From the NCBI GenBank assembly GCA_050250935.1, contig JBFWNS010000003.1, forward strand, positions 1-64,000: 64,000 nucleotides of DNA. Reading direction: 5' to 3'. The notes under the pieces were generated by a model. That model searched no databases and was not told where the DNA came from. It saw nothing but the letters and a program-made list of their open reading frames with translations. The DNA is from Candidatus Margulisiibacteriota bacterium (lineage in GTDB: Bacteria; Margulisbacteria; Marinamargulisbacteria; JBFWNS01). How positions within the stretch are numbered: the stretch's first letter is position 1; the number at the start of each line of letters is the position of its first letter. A program made the position numbers and the translations under genes. This document shows, piece by piece, positions 55,609 through 64,000 of the stretch.

Positions 55609-57399
55609 ATCAACAGCAACCTGAAGGTGGATGTCTTTGAGCTGTTTGGCGGTTACCTTGTCTGGAGCTTGGGTGAGGGGGCAAAAGGCCACCCTGTTTT
55701 TGGGAAAGGCAATGACTTCGCGAATAGATTCGGTTCCCAAAACCATGCTAACCAACCGGTCCACACCCAAAGCAAGACCGCCGTGTGGTGGGGCACCATA
55801 GCGCAAGGCTTTGACAAAAAAGCCAAATTTTTCTTCGATTTCGCTGGGGCTTAGCTTCAGCAATTTGAATAAAATATTTTGAGTAGTCGCATCGTGGATT
55901 CGAATGCTGCCACCGCCCAATTCTTCGCCGTTGACGACCACATCATAGGCGCGGGCTTTCAGGGCCAATAGTTCGTCTTGGCTCATCCCTTCTCGAAGCG
56001 GGGTTTGGGCTTGGGTAAAAGGGTGATGCACGGCTGTGAGTCGGCCTTCGTGCAGTTCGAATAAGGGAAAATCAACAACCCAACAGGCAGCGAAGGTGTC
56101 TGGAATCATGTTCAGTCTATGGGCAATATAACTTCGAAAACGACCCAACACTTCGTTGACGGTTCTGGGGTTGCTGTCGGCCACAAAAACCAAAACGTCC
56201 CCGTCTTCGCCACCCAAGGCATCGGCCATGGCTTTGAGTTCTTCAGGAGAGAAAAATTGAACAATATTGGATTCGAGTTGACCGTTTTCGACACGCATCC
56301 AGGTTAAGCCTTTGCCACCCAGTTTTTGAATGACGGATTTGGCCAGGTCTTCTTGGAGCACGTTTTTGCTGAGTTCTTTGCTTTTGCCTTTAATGTTAAG
56401 GCCTTTAACGGTGCCGCCGTTTTCCAAAATGGTTTTGAAAATTTTATAGCTGGTGTTTTGAACCAAATGGGTCACATTGACCAGTTTGAGATCGAAGCGT
56501 AGATCCGGTCTGTCGGTGCCATAGTGTTCCATGGCGTCTTGATAGGTGATGTGTTCAAAGGTATCGGGGAGGGTGATGTTGCCGTGTTTGAAGGCCGCTT
56601 TAAGCATGCCTTCGACCAAAGGAAAAATAAAGGTTTCATCAATAAAGGACGCTTCCAAATCGATTTGGGTAAACTCGGGTTGTCGGTTGGGGCGCAAATC
56701 TTCGTCTCGGAAACATTTGGCCACTTGGAAATAACGGTCCAGGCCGCTGATCATGAGCAGCTGTTTAAACAGTTGTGGGGATTGGGGCAAGGCATAGAAA
56801 TGCTCGGGATGAACGCGGCTGGGCACCAAATAGTCTCGGGCCCCTTCTGGGGTGCTTTTGGTGAGGGTTGGGGTTTCCACTTCGGTGAAGTGGTGTTCGT
56901 CCAAATAGTCGCGAATGGTCTTTAGAATTTTGTATCGGGTTTTAAGGGCCTGTTGCATGGGTGCGCGACGCAGGTCGATGTAGCGGTATTTAAGCCGCAG
57001 GTCTTCGTCGACGCCAAAATGGGTTTCGCCGTCGCTGTCGAGTTTTTCGGCAATTTCGAAAGGCGGTGTGTCGCTGGTGTTCAAAATCTCGAGGTCTTGA
57101 ACCACCACTTCGAGTTGACCCGTGCTCAGGTTGGGGTTAACGGTGTCTTCGCTTCGTTGACGCACCAAACCGGTGATGCGAACCACAAATTCGTGGCGTA
57201 GGGTTTCGGCTTTGGCATAAAGTTCTGGGGTTTGGGTCCTGTCAAATACAATCTGAATCAGGCCGGAGGTGTCTCTTAAATGGATAAACAGGACATGGCC
57301 ATGGTCTCGGACAGTATCAATCCAGCCACACAGTGACAGGGTTTTGCCGACGTGGGTGTTGGAAACGTGGGTACAATAGGTTCTGGAAAGGGTAGTCAT
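55600..57399 (-). CDS. aspS: Aspartyl-tRNA synthetase
   Basis: RDHG, LRLKYRY.DLR, TPEGARDY, LPQSPQLFKQ, FRDEDLR, GGGSIRIH, YGAPPHGG. Confidence 0.97.
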   Translation of the reverse strand: MTTLSRTYCTHVSNTHVGKTLSLCGWIDTVRDHGHVLFIHLRDTSGLIQIVFDRTQTPELYAKAETLRHEFVVRITGLVRQRSEDTVNPNLSTGQLEVVVQDLEILNTSDTPPFEIAEKLDSDGETHFGVDEDLRLKYRYIDLRRAPMQQALKTRYKILKTIRDYLDEHHFTEVETPTLTKSTPEGARDYLVPSRVHPEHFYALPQSPQLFKQLLMISGLDRYFQVAKCFRDEDLRPNRQPEFTQIDLEASFIDETFIFPLVEGMLKAAFKHGNITLPDTFEHITYQDAMEHYGTDRPDLRFDLKLVNVTHLVQNTSYKIFKTILENGGTVKGLNIKGKSKELSKNVLQEDLAKSVIQKLGGKGLTWMRVENGQLESNIVQFFSPEELKAMADALGGEDGDVLVFVADSNPRTVNEVLGRFRSYIAHRLNMIPDTFAACWVVDFPLFELHEGRLTAVHHPFTQAQTPLREGMSQDELLALKARAYDVVVNGEELGGGSIRIHDATTQNILFKLLKLSPSEIEEKFGFFVKALRYGAPPHGGLALGVDRLVSMVLGTESIREVIAFPKNRVAFCPLTQAPDKVTAKQLKDIHLQVAVDLS

Positions 57400-57413
57400 A
57401 AGAACAAAAAAGT

Positions 57414-58316
57414 CTACTGGAACCGGGCTAAAAAAGCAATCAAGTCTGCATAGACCTGTTCGCGGTTTGTTTCGTTGATGCATTCGTGGCGTGCGCCGTC
57501 GTACAGGGTAAAGACAAGGTTTGAGAGGCCGGCTTTAAGATACCGATCGGCCAAGGCTCTAGAGGCTTTTCCATAGCCCCCAACGGGGTCTTGGCTTCCC
57601 CCAAAAAGATACAAGGGCAAGGTTTTGGGCAGGGTTTCGAAGGTTTGTGCCGGGCTAAAGAGCTTGGATAGGCCTTTAAAAAAACCGGCAAAAAACCCAA
57701 AAGAACACCCAAATCCACAGGCCGGGTCCGCCAGATAGCGATCGACTTCCCCCTTGTCGCGACTGATCCAATCGCAGGAGGTTCGGGTTGGAAAAAAATG
57801 CAGGTTATAAGGCCCAAAAACCAGTTTTTGGAGCAGACGGGCTTGGGACAATGGGCCCCAAAGGGCAGTTCCCCATCGGGCAACGCTTTCGCCAAGTTTA
57901 ATTCCACTGTCTTGCCAACCACTGCCAGAGAGCACCAAGGCTGCAGGTTCGGTGGGGTGTTCTAGGGTATAGGCCTGGGCCAAAAACGAGCCCATACTGT
58001 GCCCAAACAGCACCAGGGGAATGCCTGGATACTGGGCTTTGGTTTTCAAAATCTGGGTGTGGGTGTCGGCCAAAAATTGGTCCCAGCAGCTGTTGTCCAA
58101 TTGGCCATAATGGTCTGGAGAACAGGTTTTGCCATGACCTTGGTGGTCGTGGGCGGTGACGGCGAATCCTGCTTGGTTTAGGGTGTGGGCCAGGTGGGCG
58201 TAACGGCCAGCATGTTCCATCATACCGTGCAAAATATGAACCACAGCTTTCGGGTTTGGGCTGGGCCACTCGTAGCGATATACAGGAAGGCTAGCCAAGC
58301 GTTGGGGCCTCGGCAT
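57414..58316 (-). CDS. Alpha/beta hydrolase (lysophospholipase-like)
   Basis: HGMMEH..RY, DHQGHG, GHSMG, DPVG, RHE..NE. Confidence 0.9.
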   Translation of the reverse strand: MPRPQRLASLPVYRYEWPSPNPKAVVHILHGMMEHAGRYAHLAHTLNQAGFAVTAHDHQGHGKTCSPDHYGQLDNSCWDQFLADTHTQILKTKAQYPGIPLVLFGHSMGSFLAQAYTLEHPTEPAALVLSGSGWQDSGIKLGESVARWGTALWGPLSQARLLQKLVFGPYNLHFFPTRTSCDWISRDKGEVDRYLADPACGFGCSFGFFAGFFKGLSKLFSPAQTFETLPKTLPLYLFGGSQDPVGGYGKASRALADRYLKAGLSNLVFTLYDGARHECINETNREQVYADLIAFLARFQ

Positions 58317-58821
58317 CTTTTTTCGAGATCAAGGGAGCTTGGTTGTCGATTAGGGGCCATTTAACCCCAATGCTAGAGTCGTTCCAGGCAATGGCCCTGT
58401 CCAGCTCGGCGGCATAATAGTCGCTGCATTTATACAGCACTTCGGCGGTTTCGGAGAGCACATAAAACCCATGGGCAAAGCCTGTGGGCACAAAAAGCAT
58501 GTGGTTGTTTTCCGACGTTAAATAGGTCCCATACCACTGCTTGAAGGTGGGCGAATCGGGTCGAATATCGACGGCCACATCGAAAATGGTGCCTTTAAGC
58601 ACCCGAACCAATTTGGCTTGGGGTTGTGGCTCGGCTTGAAAATGAAGGCCTCGCAAGGTGCCTTGAATGGATAAACTTTGGTTGTCTTGGACAAAGTGCG
58701 GTAGACCCAGTTCGGAAAATTGATTTTCCCGATATGCTTCGAAAAAAGAACCTCGGTGGTCACCAATCAGTTTGGGTTCGATGACGATTACCCCAGGTAG
58801 TGGGGTTAGGTGATGTTTCAT
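58291..58821 (-). CDS. rfbC: dTDP-4-dehydrorhamnose 3,5-epimerase
   Basis: D.RG.F.E, QDNQS.S..GTLRGLHFQ, GFAHGF, S.KD. Confidence 0.95.
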   Translation of the reverse strand: MKHHLTPLPGVIVIEPKLIGDHRGSFFEAYRENQFSELGLPHFVQDNQSLSIQGTLRGLHFQAEPQPQAKLVRVLKGTIFDVAVDIRPDSPTFKQWYGTYLTSENNHMLFVPTGFAHGFYVLSETAEVLYKCSDYYAAELDRAIAWNDSSIGVKWPLIDNQAPLISKKDAEAPTLG

Positions 58822-61364
58822 AAGGCCTCCTGGGTTGGACTAAACCAATAGACTTGTGGGTTTTGCAAATAGCGATTGGCCGATTCGCGACCTTTTTCTG
58901 GATTTAAGGTTAAAAACTGCTTGGGCTGAGACACATAGCGATCGAAGCCGAGTCCATACAATTCGTCGGTAATACAGGTCAGCGACAGGCTTTCCAGAGA
59001 CGAGAGTTTTTCTCGGTAATAATAGTCCATTTCGGCCTGAACTTTTTCAAATTCATCAGCCCCAATGAGGGTGGTTTGAACCTTTTGAATTTCCTCGAAA
59101 ATAATATCGGTTACGGTTTGAAGCCGGTCGGGGTGGGTTAGGGCATAGATCAGGAAATGGCCGGCTTCCAGGCCGGGGTAGTGGGTGGCGTGGACCATAT
59201 AGACCAAGCCTTCTCCCCGAAGCCGTTCATGTAACCGGCCGCTGGGGTAATACAGACCCGATAAAATACTGTCCAATAGGTCAAATTGCAGACACCCTTC
59301 GGTGTCGGTAAAGGTGGTGCCATCAAAGGCTACCAAAACGGCCCCAACGTCTTGCTTGATGGGAAAATGACTTTTACTCGCCTGGTTGTGGCGTTGTCGG
59401 TTTAGGGGGGCAAGTCCGTCTCTGGTTTTCAGATGGGGTTCAAACGCGCCTATTTTTTGTTCGATCAGGGATTGAATTTTGTGTTGATCAATGTCGCCAA
59501 ATACGGTTAAAACGAGTTGGGTTGGGTTCAATAGGCTTGCAAAATAGGCGTCGATATCGGCTTTGGTAATGCTGTCTACCGAGGTTAGTTCCCCTATGCT
59601 GGACAGGCCATAGGGATGGGCTTTGAAAAACTGTTTTCGGGCTTGATAAAAGGCCAGGGTTTGCCAATCGTCTTCGCGTTGCTCGATCACTTGCTGGAGT
59701 CGGCGTTTGCTATCTGCCAGATCTGTGTCGGAAAAAACGGGGTAAAACCCAGCATCTAAAAAAGCCGGTAAAAGGGTTTCGAAATCGTCACTCAGGCAGT
59801 CCATGGCCAACATCAGGGTATTGTTTCCCATGCTGCCACCCAATTGAGCGCCGTTGTTTTCAATCAGGGTTTGAAGGGCTATTTTTTCGTAGGCTGCAGA
59901 GCCTTTGCCCAAAAGATCGGCGGTTAGGCTGCCGATGCCGTTGTTGTGGGCGGTTTCTGCCCGAAGGCCACCCAAGAAGGCCAGTTTACAATGGACCTTG
60001 GGTTGGGTTTTGTTGGGATACAACAATACCCGAATGCCGTTTTGAAGGGTGATTTTTTGAGGGGTTTTGGTGGCCTCTGTTTCTGTGTTTTGGTAAGGGT
60101 GGTCCAAACTGGGTTTTTCGTCTTCGGGGCGAAGTACGGTTACAATCATTTTGGCTGGGTCCAAATAGGTTTTGGCCACTGCCGCAACTTGGTCTTTGGT
60201 GACGTGTTTAAAGGCCTCGACATAGATTTCGAAAAACTCGGGGCTTCGGCCGTACAGCAGGGCTTCTCCCAATTTCGAGGCCCGGTCTTCGAGGGTGGAA
60301 ATGGCAAAAATATTTTCGGCCAACTTTTGTTTTTTTGCGCGTTGGGTTCGATCTGCATCAAATTTCCCGGCTTTGATATCGTCTAGAATGGCCAGCGTGG
60401 CTTGGACGAACTCGATTTCTTTGTCGCTGTCGATTTCGGCGCTTATTTCGAAATACCCAGTGGTTAGGGTTGGGGTATACGAGGCGCAGTGGATGGTGTA
60501 GGCCAATGCTTTTTCTTCGATCAATTGTCGGTTCAACAACGAATCGTGGCCGTTGTCGAGGATAAATTCCAATAAATCCAGGGGATACAAATCCCCAGAA
60601 AACAGAGAAATGGTGGCAAAGCGCAGGCTAATCAGGGTGGTGTTGGTGGGGCCAAAACTTTCTTTTCTTCGGGCACAGAAGGGTTGGGGTTCCTCAAAAA
60701 CAGGCACCAGGGGCAAGGCTTTGGGTTTTGCGGCGCCAAAGGTTTGAATGGCGGTGTCCAAGAGAACCTCGGATTTAAACTGACCGGCGATCACCACAAT
60801 CATGTTGTTGGGCACATACCATTGGCGATAATAAGCCATCAGGTCGTCTCGGGTAATGGTTAAAAATTGGTCCAAATAGCCAATAACGGGCAGTTGAATG
60901 GGGTGGTATTGATACAGATTGTGTTGGCAAGCATGGTAAAACCGAACATCGATATTGGCGGTATTTTTTTCGATTTCTCGGGTAATGACTTCCCGTTCGC
61001 GGTTAAATTCCTTGGGCTCAAAGGCACAGGAAAACACCCATTCGGACAACACCCGAACCGCGTCTTGAACATGGTCAGGGGTGGTGTTGATGTAGTAGCA
61101 GGTGTGGTCGTTGGTGGTGTGGGCATTAAAGGCACCACCCATTTTGCCAATGGCTTTTTTATAGGCCTCTTCGGTTTGGATGGTGGTGCTTCCCCCAGCC
61201 ACCATGTGTTCTAAAAAATGCGATAAACCAGCCCCCAAATGAGGTCCTTCCATCATCGAGCCGGCTTTCACATAGACGCGAACCGAGCACAAACTGGCTT
61301 GGTCGTCTTGCAACAAAACAATGCGGGCTCCGTTATCGAGGGTTTGGTCATGAACGACGGACAT
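58818..61364 (-). CDS. M16 zinc peptidase (cytoplasmic)
   Basis: HFLEH, NAHT..DHTCY, EREVI..E, LRGEGLVY. Confidence 0.9.
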   Translation of the reverse strand: MSVVHDQTLDNGARIVLLQDDQASLCSVRVYVKAGSMMEGPHLGAGLSHFLEHMVAGGSTTIQTEEAYKKAIGKMGGAFNAHTTNDHTCYYINTTPDHVQDAVRVLSEWVFSCAFEPKEFNREREVITREIEKNTANIDVRFYHACQHNLYQYHPIQLPVIGYLDQFLTITRDDLMAYYRQWYVPNNMIVVIAGQFKSEVLLDTAIQTFGAAKPKALPLVPVFEEPQPFCARRKESFGPTNTTLISLRFATISLFSGDLYPLDLLEFILDNGHDSLLNRQLIEEKALAYTIHCASYTPTLTTGYFEISAEIDSDKEIEFVQATLAILDDIKAGKFDADRTQRAKKQKLAENIFAISTLEDRASKLGEALLYGRSPEFFEIYVEAFKHVTKDQVAAVAKTYLDPAKMIVTVLRPEDEKPSLDHPYQNTETEATKTPQKITLQNGIRVLLYPNKTQPKVHCKLAFLGGLRAETAHNNGIGSLTADLLGKGSAAYEKIALQTLIENNGAQLGGSMGNNTLMLAMDCLSDDFETLLPAFLDAGFYPVFSDTDLADSKRRLQQVIEQREDDWQTLAFYQARKQFFKAHPYGLSSIGELTSVDSITKADIDAYFASLLNPTQLVLTVFGDIDQHKIQSLIEQKIGAFEPHLKTRDGLAPLNRQRHNQASKSHFPIKQDVGAVLVAFDGTTFTDTEGCLQFDLLDSILSGLYYPSGRLHERLRGEGLVYMVHATHYPGLEAGHFLIYALTHPDRLQTVTDIIFEEIQKVQTTLIGADEFEKVQAEMDYYYREKLSSLESLSLTCITDELYGLGFDRYVSQPKQFLTLNPEKGRESANRYLQNPQVYWFSPTQEAL

Positions 61365-61893
61365 GGGGATCTCCTAGGTAGTGTTGGTACTGTTTCCAAA
61401 TATAGTTGGCAATTGTTGTGACTGATTTTCCGGTGGTATCGACATAGAAATGCGCTGTTTGGCGATAGAGGGGTTCTCGTTGTGCTTTGAGTTCTTTAAT
61501 CTTGGTTTCGCGATCTTCTACTTGAAGCAAAGGCCGAACCTTGTCGTTGGCCATGCGTTTTAAAATTTCGGCCAGACTGGTGTCCAAATAGACCACCCAA
61601 CCCGCTTTTTGAAGCAAGGCCCGATTTTCGGCCCTTAAAATTGTGCCCCCACCGGTTGAGATGATGGTATTGGTTCGGTGTTGAAGGTGTTTGCAATGGG
61701 TGGTTTCGCGGTCTCGAAATGCCTCTTCGCCTTCGGTTTCAAAAAGGGTACTGATGGTTTTTTGGGTTTCTTGGATGATGGCTTTATCGGTGTCCAAAAG
61801 GTCGAATCCCGACACTTTTTTTAGCTTTTTTGCAATCGAGGTTTTTCCGCTTCCCATGAACCCAATGAGGATGATGTTGGTGGGTTTGGACAT
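61348..61893 (-). CDS. aroK: Shikimate kinase
   Basis: LIGFMGSGKT, DTD, GEEAFR..E, STGGG, RPLL. Confidence 0.95.
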   Translation of the reverse strand: MSKPTNIILIGFMGSGKTSIAKKLKKVSGFDLLDTDKAIIQETQKTISTLFETEGEEAFRDRETTHCKHLQHRTNTIISTGGGTILRAENRALLQKAGWVVYLDTSLAEILKRMANDKVRPLLQVEDRETKIKELKAQREPLYRQTAHFYVDTTGKSVTTIANYIWKQYQHYLGDPHVRRS

Positions 61894-61896
61894 TCC

Positions 61897-63726
61897 CTAT
61901 TCAACCGTCACACTTTTGGCCAGGTTTCGGGGTTGGTCGACATCGCAACTTAATAAAACGGCAATGTCGTAAGCCAGCAATTGCAACACAATGGCCACCA
62001 AAACAGGGGTTAAATCTTCAGAGGTTTTGGGGATGAAGACAATGTCGTCGGCATAGGCTGGCAAGGCTTCGTCGCCTTGGGTGGCAATGATGATGGTTTT
62101 GCCTTTTCTGGCTTTTACTTCTTGGATGTTGCTGATCATTTTGTCGTAGGTTTCGGATTCGGGACAAATGCAAACCACGGGCAATTTGGGGTCGATCAAG
62201 GCGATAGGCCCGTGCTTGAGTTCCCCGGCTGGATAGCCCGTTGCGTGGATGTAAGAGATTTCTTTTAACTTCAATGCGCCTTCCAAAGCAGAGGCATAGT
62301 TTAGCCCCCGGCCAATAAAGAGAAACTCGTTGGACAAATAGTATTTTTCGGCAATGTGTTTGATTTTATCGGCTTGGTTCAAGATGCTTTCGATGTATTC
62401 GGGAAGGCGTTTGACATCTTGAATCATGGCGGTGCGTTGCTCTTGGGTTAAGGTGTTGCGAACTTCTGCCATGTACAGCCCAAAAAAGTACACTGTCACC
62501 AACTGGGCGACGAAGTTTTTGGTCGATGCAACCCCCACTTCTTGACCGGCGTGGGTGTAAATGACGGCATCAGATTCGCGGTCCATGGTGCTGTTTTTGG
62601 CGTTTACAAAGGACAAGACCTTAAAAAATTTGCTCTTGGCCTCGCGAATGCAGGCCATGGTGTCGGCGGTTTCCCCAGATTGGGACAAGGCAATGACGAT
62701 TTCGTTGTTGCCATCCGACAGCACAGGCCGATAGCGAAATTCCGACGAGATATCAACTTCGGTTAATACCCGGGCGTAGCGTTCCAAATAGTTTTTGGCG
62801 ATCAGCCCGGCATGCCAAGACGTGCCACAAGCTTGAATGATGAATCGATTGACCTTTTCCAAGACCTTGTCGCTCCAGCGCAGGTGTTTGAATTCGATAG
62901 TGTTGTCCGGGGTGACCACTTTTGAAATGATGTTGCGCACAACCGTGGGTTGCTCGAAAATTTCTTTGAGCATGAAATGGGGATAGCCGCCTTTTTCGGC
63001 TGCGATGGGGTCCCAGGCCACGTGGGTTGATTTTTTTTCGATGGCAGCGCCACCCACGATTTTGAATTGGACGTTGTTTTGCTCGATAATGGCCAATTCG
63101 TTGTCGTCCATATACACCACATCTTTGGTGTGAGTGATGATGGCGTTGATGTCCGAAGACACAAAGTTTTCGTTTTTGCCCAGCCCTACAATTAAGGGGC
63201 TACCTTTACGAACCACCACGATTTTTTCGGGTTCGGCTTCGGCGATAACCGCAATGGCATAAGTGCCGGTTAGGTGAGCCACCGCCTTTTCGACGGCTTC
63301 GGCCAGGTCTTTTTCCAAATACCGTTCAATCAAATGAACAATGACTTCCGAATCGGTTTGGGATCTAAAAATATGCCCTTCGCGTGTCAGTTCGGATTTT
63401 AAAACAGAGAAATTTTCGATGATGCCATTGTGAACCAAGGCAATTTTTTTGCGATGACTAACCTGGGGATGGGCATTGACCTCGTCGGGTTGTCCGTGGG
63501 TGGCCCAACGGGTGTGGCCGATGCCAATGTGGCCGCGGATTTTAAAGTTTTTGAGGGTGTTTTCCAGCTCGTGAAGCTTCCCTGCTTTTTTCCAATAGCT
63601 CAGTTCGCCATCGGTAATGGCGGCGATGCCAGACGAATCATAGCCCCGATAGCTTAAGCGTTCCAATCCGACCAAAAGAACCGACGTAATGTCGCGATTT
63701 CCGACGTATCCCACAATTCCGCACAT
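61897..63726 (-). CDS. glmS: Glutamine-fructose-6-phosphate transaminase
   Basis: MCGIVG, YRGYDS, GHTRWATHG, SQSGETAD, PRNLAKSVTVE. Confidence 0.98.
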   Translation of the reverse strand: MCGIVGYVGNRDITSVLLVGLERLSYRGYDSSGIAAITDGELSYWKKAGKLHELENTLKNFKIRGHIGIGHTRWATHGQPDEVNAHPQVSHRKKIALVHNGIIENFSVLKSELTREGHIFRSQTDSEVIVHLIERYLEKDLAEAVEKAVAHLTGTYAIAVIAEAEPEKIVVVRKGSPLIVGLGKNENFVSSDINAIITHTKDVVYMDDNELAIIEQNNVQFKIVGGAAIEKKSTHVAWDPIAAEKGGYPHFMLKEIFEQPTVVRNIISKVVTPDNTIEFKHLRWSDKVLEKVNRFIIQACGTSWHAGLIAKNYLERYARVLTEVDISSEFRYRPVLSDGNNEIVIALSQSGETADTMACIREAKSKFFKVLSFVNAKNSTMDRESDAVIYTHAGQEVGVASTKNFVAQLVTVYFFGLYMAEVRNTLTQEQRTAMIQDVKRLPEYIESILNQADKIKHIAEKYYLSNEFLFIGRGLNYASALEGALKLKEISYIHATGYPAGELKHGPIALIDPKLPVVCICPESETYDKMISNIQEVKARKGKTIIIATQGDEALPAYADDIVFIPKTSEDLTPVLVAIVLQLLAYDIAVLLSCDVDQPRNLAKSVTVE

Positions 63727-63759
63727 GGCAGGTCTCCTGTCTTTCGTTTGAGGGGTTTA

Positions 63760-64000
63760 TTATACGGGCGATATCAAGATTTCAGCAATCGCTTTTCCAC
63801 CGATCATGCGCTCCAGCTCTTGGCGCTTTTGGTTGGGGTTTAGGGTTTGTAGGGTGGTGATGGTTTTTTCGCCACTGACTTTCTTTTGAACCACAATGTG
63901 GTGGTCAGCGACAGTGGCAATTTGGGCAAGGTGGGTAATGGCCACCAGTTGGGTGTTGGGGGCTTGCTGGGAAATGGCCCGCAGTTTTTCGCCGATGCGG
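63760..64000 (-). CDS. recN: DNA repair ATPase RecN, C-terminal fragment
   Basis: RIGEKLRAIS..QLVAITHLAQIA..ADHHI.V.K..R.QELERMIGG; 5' part lies outside the window. Confidence 0.88.
   Translation of the reverse strand, partial: RIGEKLRAISQQAPNTQLVAITHLAQIATVADHHIVVQKKVSGEKTITTLQTLNPNQKRQELERMIGGKAIAEILISPV

Noticed and set aside
63727..63759. glmS ribozyme
   Set aside because: Only 33 bp separate recN and glmS, too short for the ribozyme.

Overview
Bacterial chromosome window. The gene mix (FadL-type outer-membrane protein, DUF212 beside ispA, DUF502) loosely suggests a diderm, possibly Margulisbacteria-like, organism; this is weak inference. Housekeeping genes include leuA, dxs, ispA, xseAB, glpK, glpD, recO, dcd, tRNA-Gly(CCC), aspS, rfbC, aroK, glmS, the 3' end of recN and two M16 peptidases. 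A large pseudaminic-acid locus (pseB, pseC, pseI, SpsF-like, pseG, pseH) carries an AT-rich ACP/SDR/acyl-ligase/LuxE/LuxC acylation cassette. Most notable items: (1) an intronless three-repeat Myb protein beside two tandem ankyrin-metzincin membrane proteases with near-identical N-termini, where the Myb gene, the upstream protease gene and one other orphan share a sigma28-like promoter; (2) a gene missed by the ORF track (<1..1246) fusing a degenerate tyrosine-recombinase domain to a P-loop ATPase, with phased upstream repeats and a possible tRNA-derived att remnant; (3) an unannotated 29-aa hydrophobic peptide locus with type I toxin-like RNA structure; (4) a Leu-rich leader peptide complementary to the leuA Shine-Dalgarno; (5) a ~175-bp structured repeat in two copies; (6) a 50-bp gene-end duplication flanking a methyltransferase. 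All calls come from reading motifs by eye; no database searches were run.
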